Below are positions 62,828 through 64,000 of a DNA stretch of 64,000 nucleotides, piece by piece (position 1 is the stretch's first letter; every line of letters starts with the position of its first letter). This DNA comes from Opitutales bacterium. Its GTDB lineage: Bacteria > Verrucomicrobiota > Verrucomicrobiia > Opitutales > PNEW01. The notes beneath the pieces are model-generated. The model saw only the letters and a list, made by a program, of their open reading frames with translations, had not been told where the DNA came from and made no database searches. The stretch is from NCBI GenBank assembly GCA_965197745.1, contig CBDANS010000006.1:192001-256000 (forward strand). Reading direction: 5' to 3'. The translations under genes and the position numbers were made by a program.

Positions 62828-63664
62828 TCATTGGCCAGCAGGCCAACGTTGCCATGCCGGAGACCAGCATGTTGTTCGGCCACCGATGGTTTCACGGTGC
62901 AGTGCTTTGCCCGTCTTCGGGCAGGTGCCCCTCTTTTCCCAGCGATGATTAAAGAGCCAGCTATCCGGGGGATCATTCCAATCATCGCCAATAACTTTCA
63001 GGGCATCCCCGCACACGGATTTTATCGCGCTGAACAGATCATTCAGTTTTTTTCCTCGAATTCGCCCCGCTTGACAATGAGGACGAATGCGCGCACGCCA
63101 GAGTATTTCATCGGCCATCCAATTACCAAGACCGGGAAACCGCTCCTGCGCTAAAAGTACAGCCTTTATGGCCGACTGGTGCCGCCGCGAGAGGTATGTT
63201 TCCAGAGCGTTACGATCAAAAGCTTGAGAAGTAAGGGAGGGAGGAATACTGCTCCACCATGAAGGAATACTGTCACCCTGGTGAAAACGAATAAGACCAA
63301 ACATTCGATAGTCACTAAAAACTAAAGCCTGACGTGCCTGTAATAGGACCAGATGATCGTGTCTCTCCTGATTGAAAGGTAGGCTGCCGCGTTTGCGATT
63401 TACCTTTAATGGCGTACGGATTAATTTTCCGCTCATGCCGAGATGGATGCCAAGCCAGTTATTGCCACTGAAACGAAAGAGCATCTGCTTCCCCCTGGCT
63501 TCGGAATAACGTAGAAAGCTTCCGGTCAGATGCCGCTTTAATATCCTTGTATTACAATCACGAAAATTTCGCGATCGCGCGTGCAAGAAAACATTACTGA
63601 TTTTCCTGTTTAAGCCGGGATTCCATATTTTTCGGTAATATTCGACTTCAGCAAGTTCAGGCAT
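62828..63664 (-). CDS. Fpg/Nei-family DNA glycosylase
   Basis: PELAEVE N-terminus, RGKQM, HLGMSG, DYRMFG, GLGNWMADEIL. Confidence 0.9.
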   Translation of the reverse strand: MPELAEVEYYRKIWNPGLNRKISNVFLHARSRNFRDCNTRILKRHLTGSFLRYSEARGKQMLFRFSGNNWLGIHLGMSGKLIRTPLKVNRKRGSLPFNQERHDHLVLLQARQALVFSDYRMFGLIRFHQGDSIPSWWSSIPPSLTSQAFDRNALETYLSRRHQSAIKAVLLAQERFPGLGNWMADEILWRARIRPHCQAGRIRGKKLNDLFSAIKSVCGDALKVIGDDWNDPPDSWLFNHRWEKRGTCPKTGKALHRETIGGRTTCWSPAWQRWPAGQ

Positions 63665-63686
63665 CAAAATATCCTAATTAATAACC

Positions 63687-64000
63687 ATGGCTAAAAAAGA
63701 AAGTGCGGGTTTACTGATGTATGATTACCGGGATGATAAACTGCGAGTTTTTTTGGGTCACCCCGGAGGGCCCTATTTTTCTAAAAAGGATAACGGCTAC
63801 TGGACAATTCCTAAGGGGGAGCGCGATCAAAACGAAGAAGGGCTGGCATGTGCGATACGAGAATTTAAAGAAGAAACCGGAATAGAACCGAATACCGATA
63901 AATTTCTTCCCATGGGAGTGATTAAACAAAAAGGGGGTAAAATTGTCACGGCGTGGGCCTTTGAAGGCACCTGGGTAGAAGGACAATTAATTGAATGCAA
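63687..64000 (+). CDS. NUDIX hydrolase (truncated by the window end)
   Basis: MAKKESAGLLMY..GHPGGPY..WTIPKGE..AIREFKEETG Nudix box; absent from the ORF track. Confidence 0.88.
   Translation, partial: MAKKESAGLLMYDYRDDKLRVFLGHPGGPYFSKKDNGYWTIPKGERDQNEEGLACAIREFKEETGIEPNTDKFLPMGVIKQKGGKIVTAWAFEGTWVEGQLIEC

Overview
Bacterial chromosome segment; the style of the housekeeping proteins suggests Verrucomicrobiota/Opitutae, which is an inference. Positions ~1-13030 are a decayed accessory island. It holds cfa, an IS1380 relic, three IS3-family elements plus an orphan IS3 end, an intact VapBC-type TA pair, a HigBA relic, TIR and AlbA_2/pentapeptide pseudogenes and a PD-(D/E)XK-like gene. The rest is mostly housekeeping: tatC, ppdK, hflX, queCEF, a cusCBA-type efflux operon, proA, pyrG, eda, proS, an exosortase/EPS locus, rodA, rne/rng, glycerate kinase, a sulfatase, NamZ-like, Fpg-like and NUDIX genes. 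Two composite REP-like repeat arrays lie between these genes. The most unusual signal is five short hairpin-rich insertions (32 nt x3, 43 nt x2) at two equivalent positions in three diverged IS3 transposase genes. Each sits where the middle A of an inferred GAA (Glu) codon should be. In one IS copy they are the only visible lesions.
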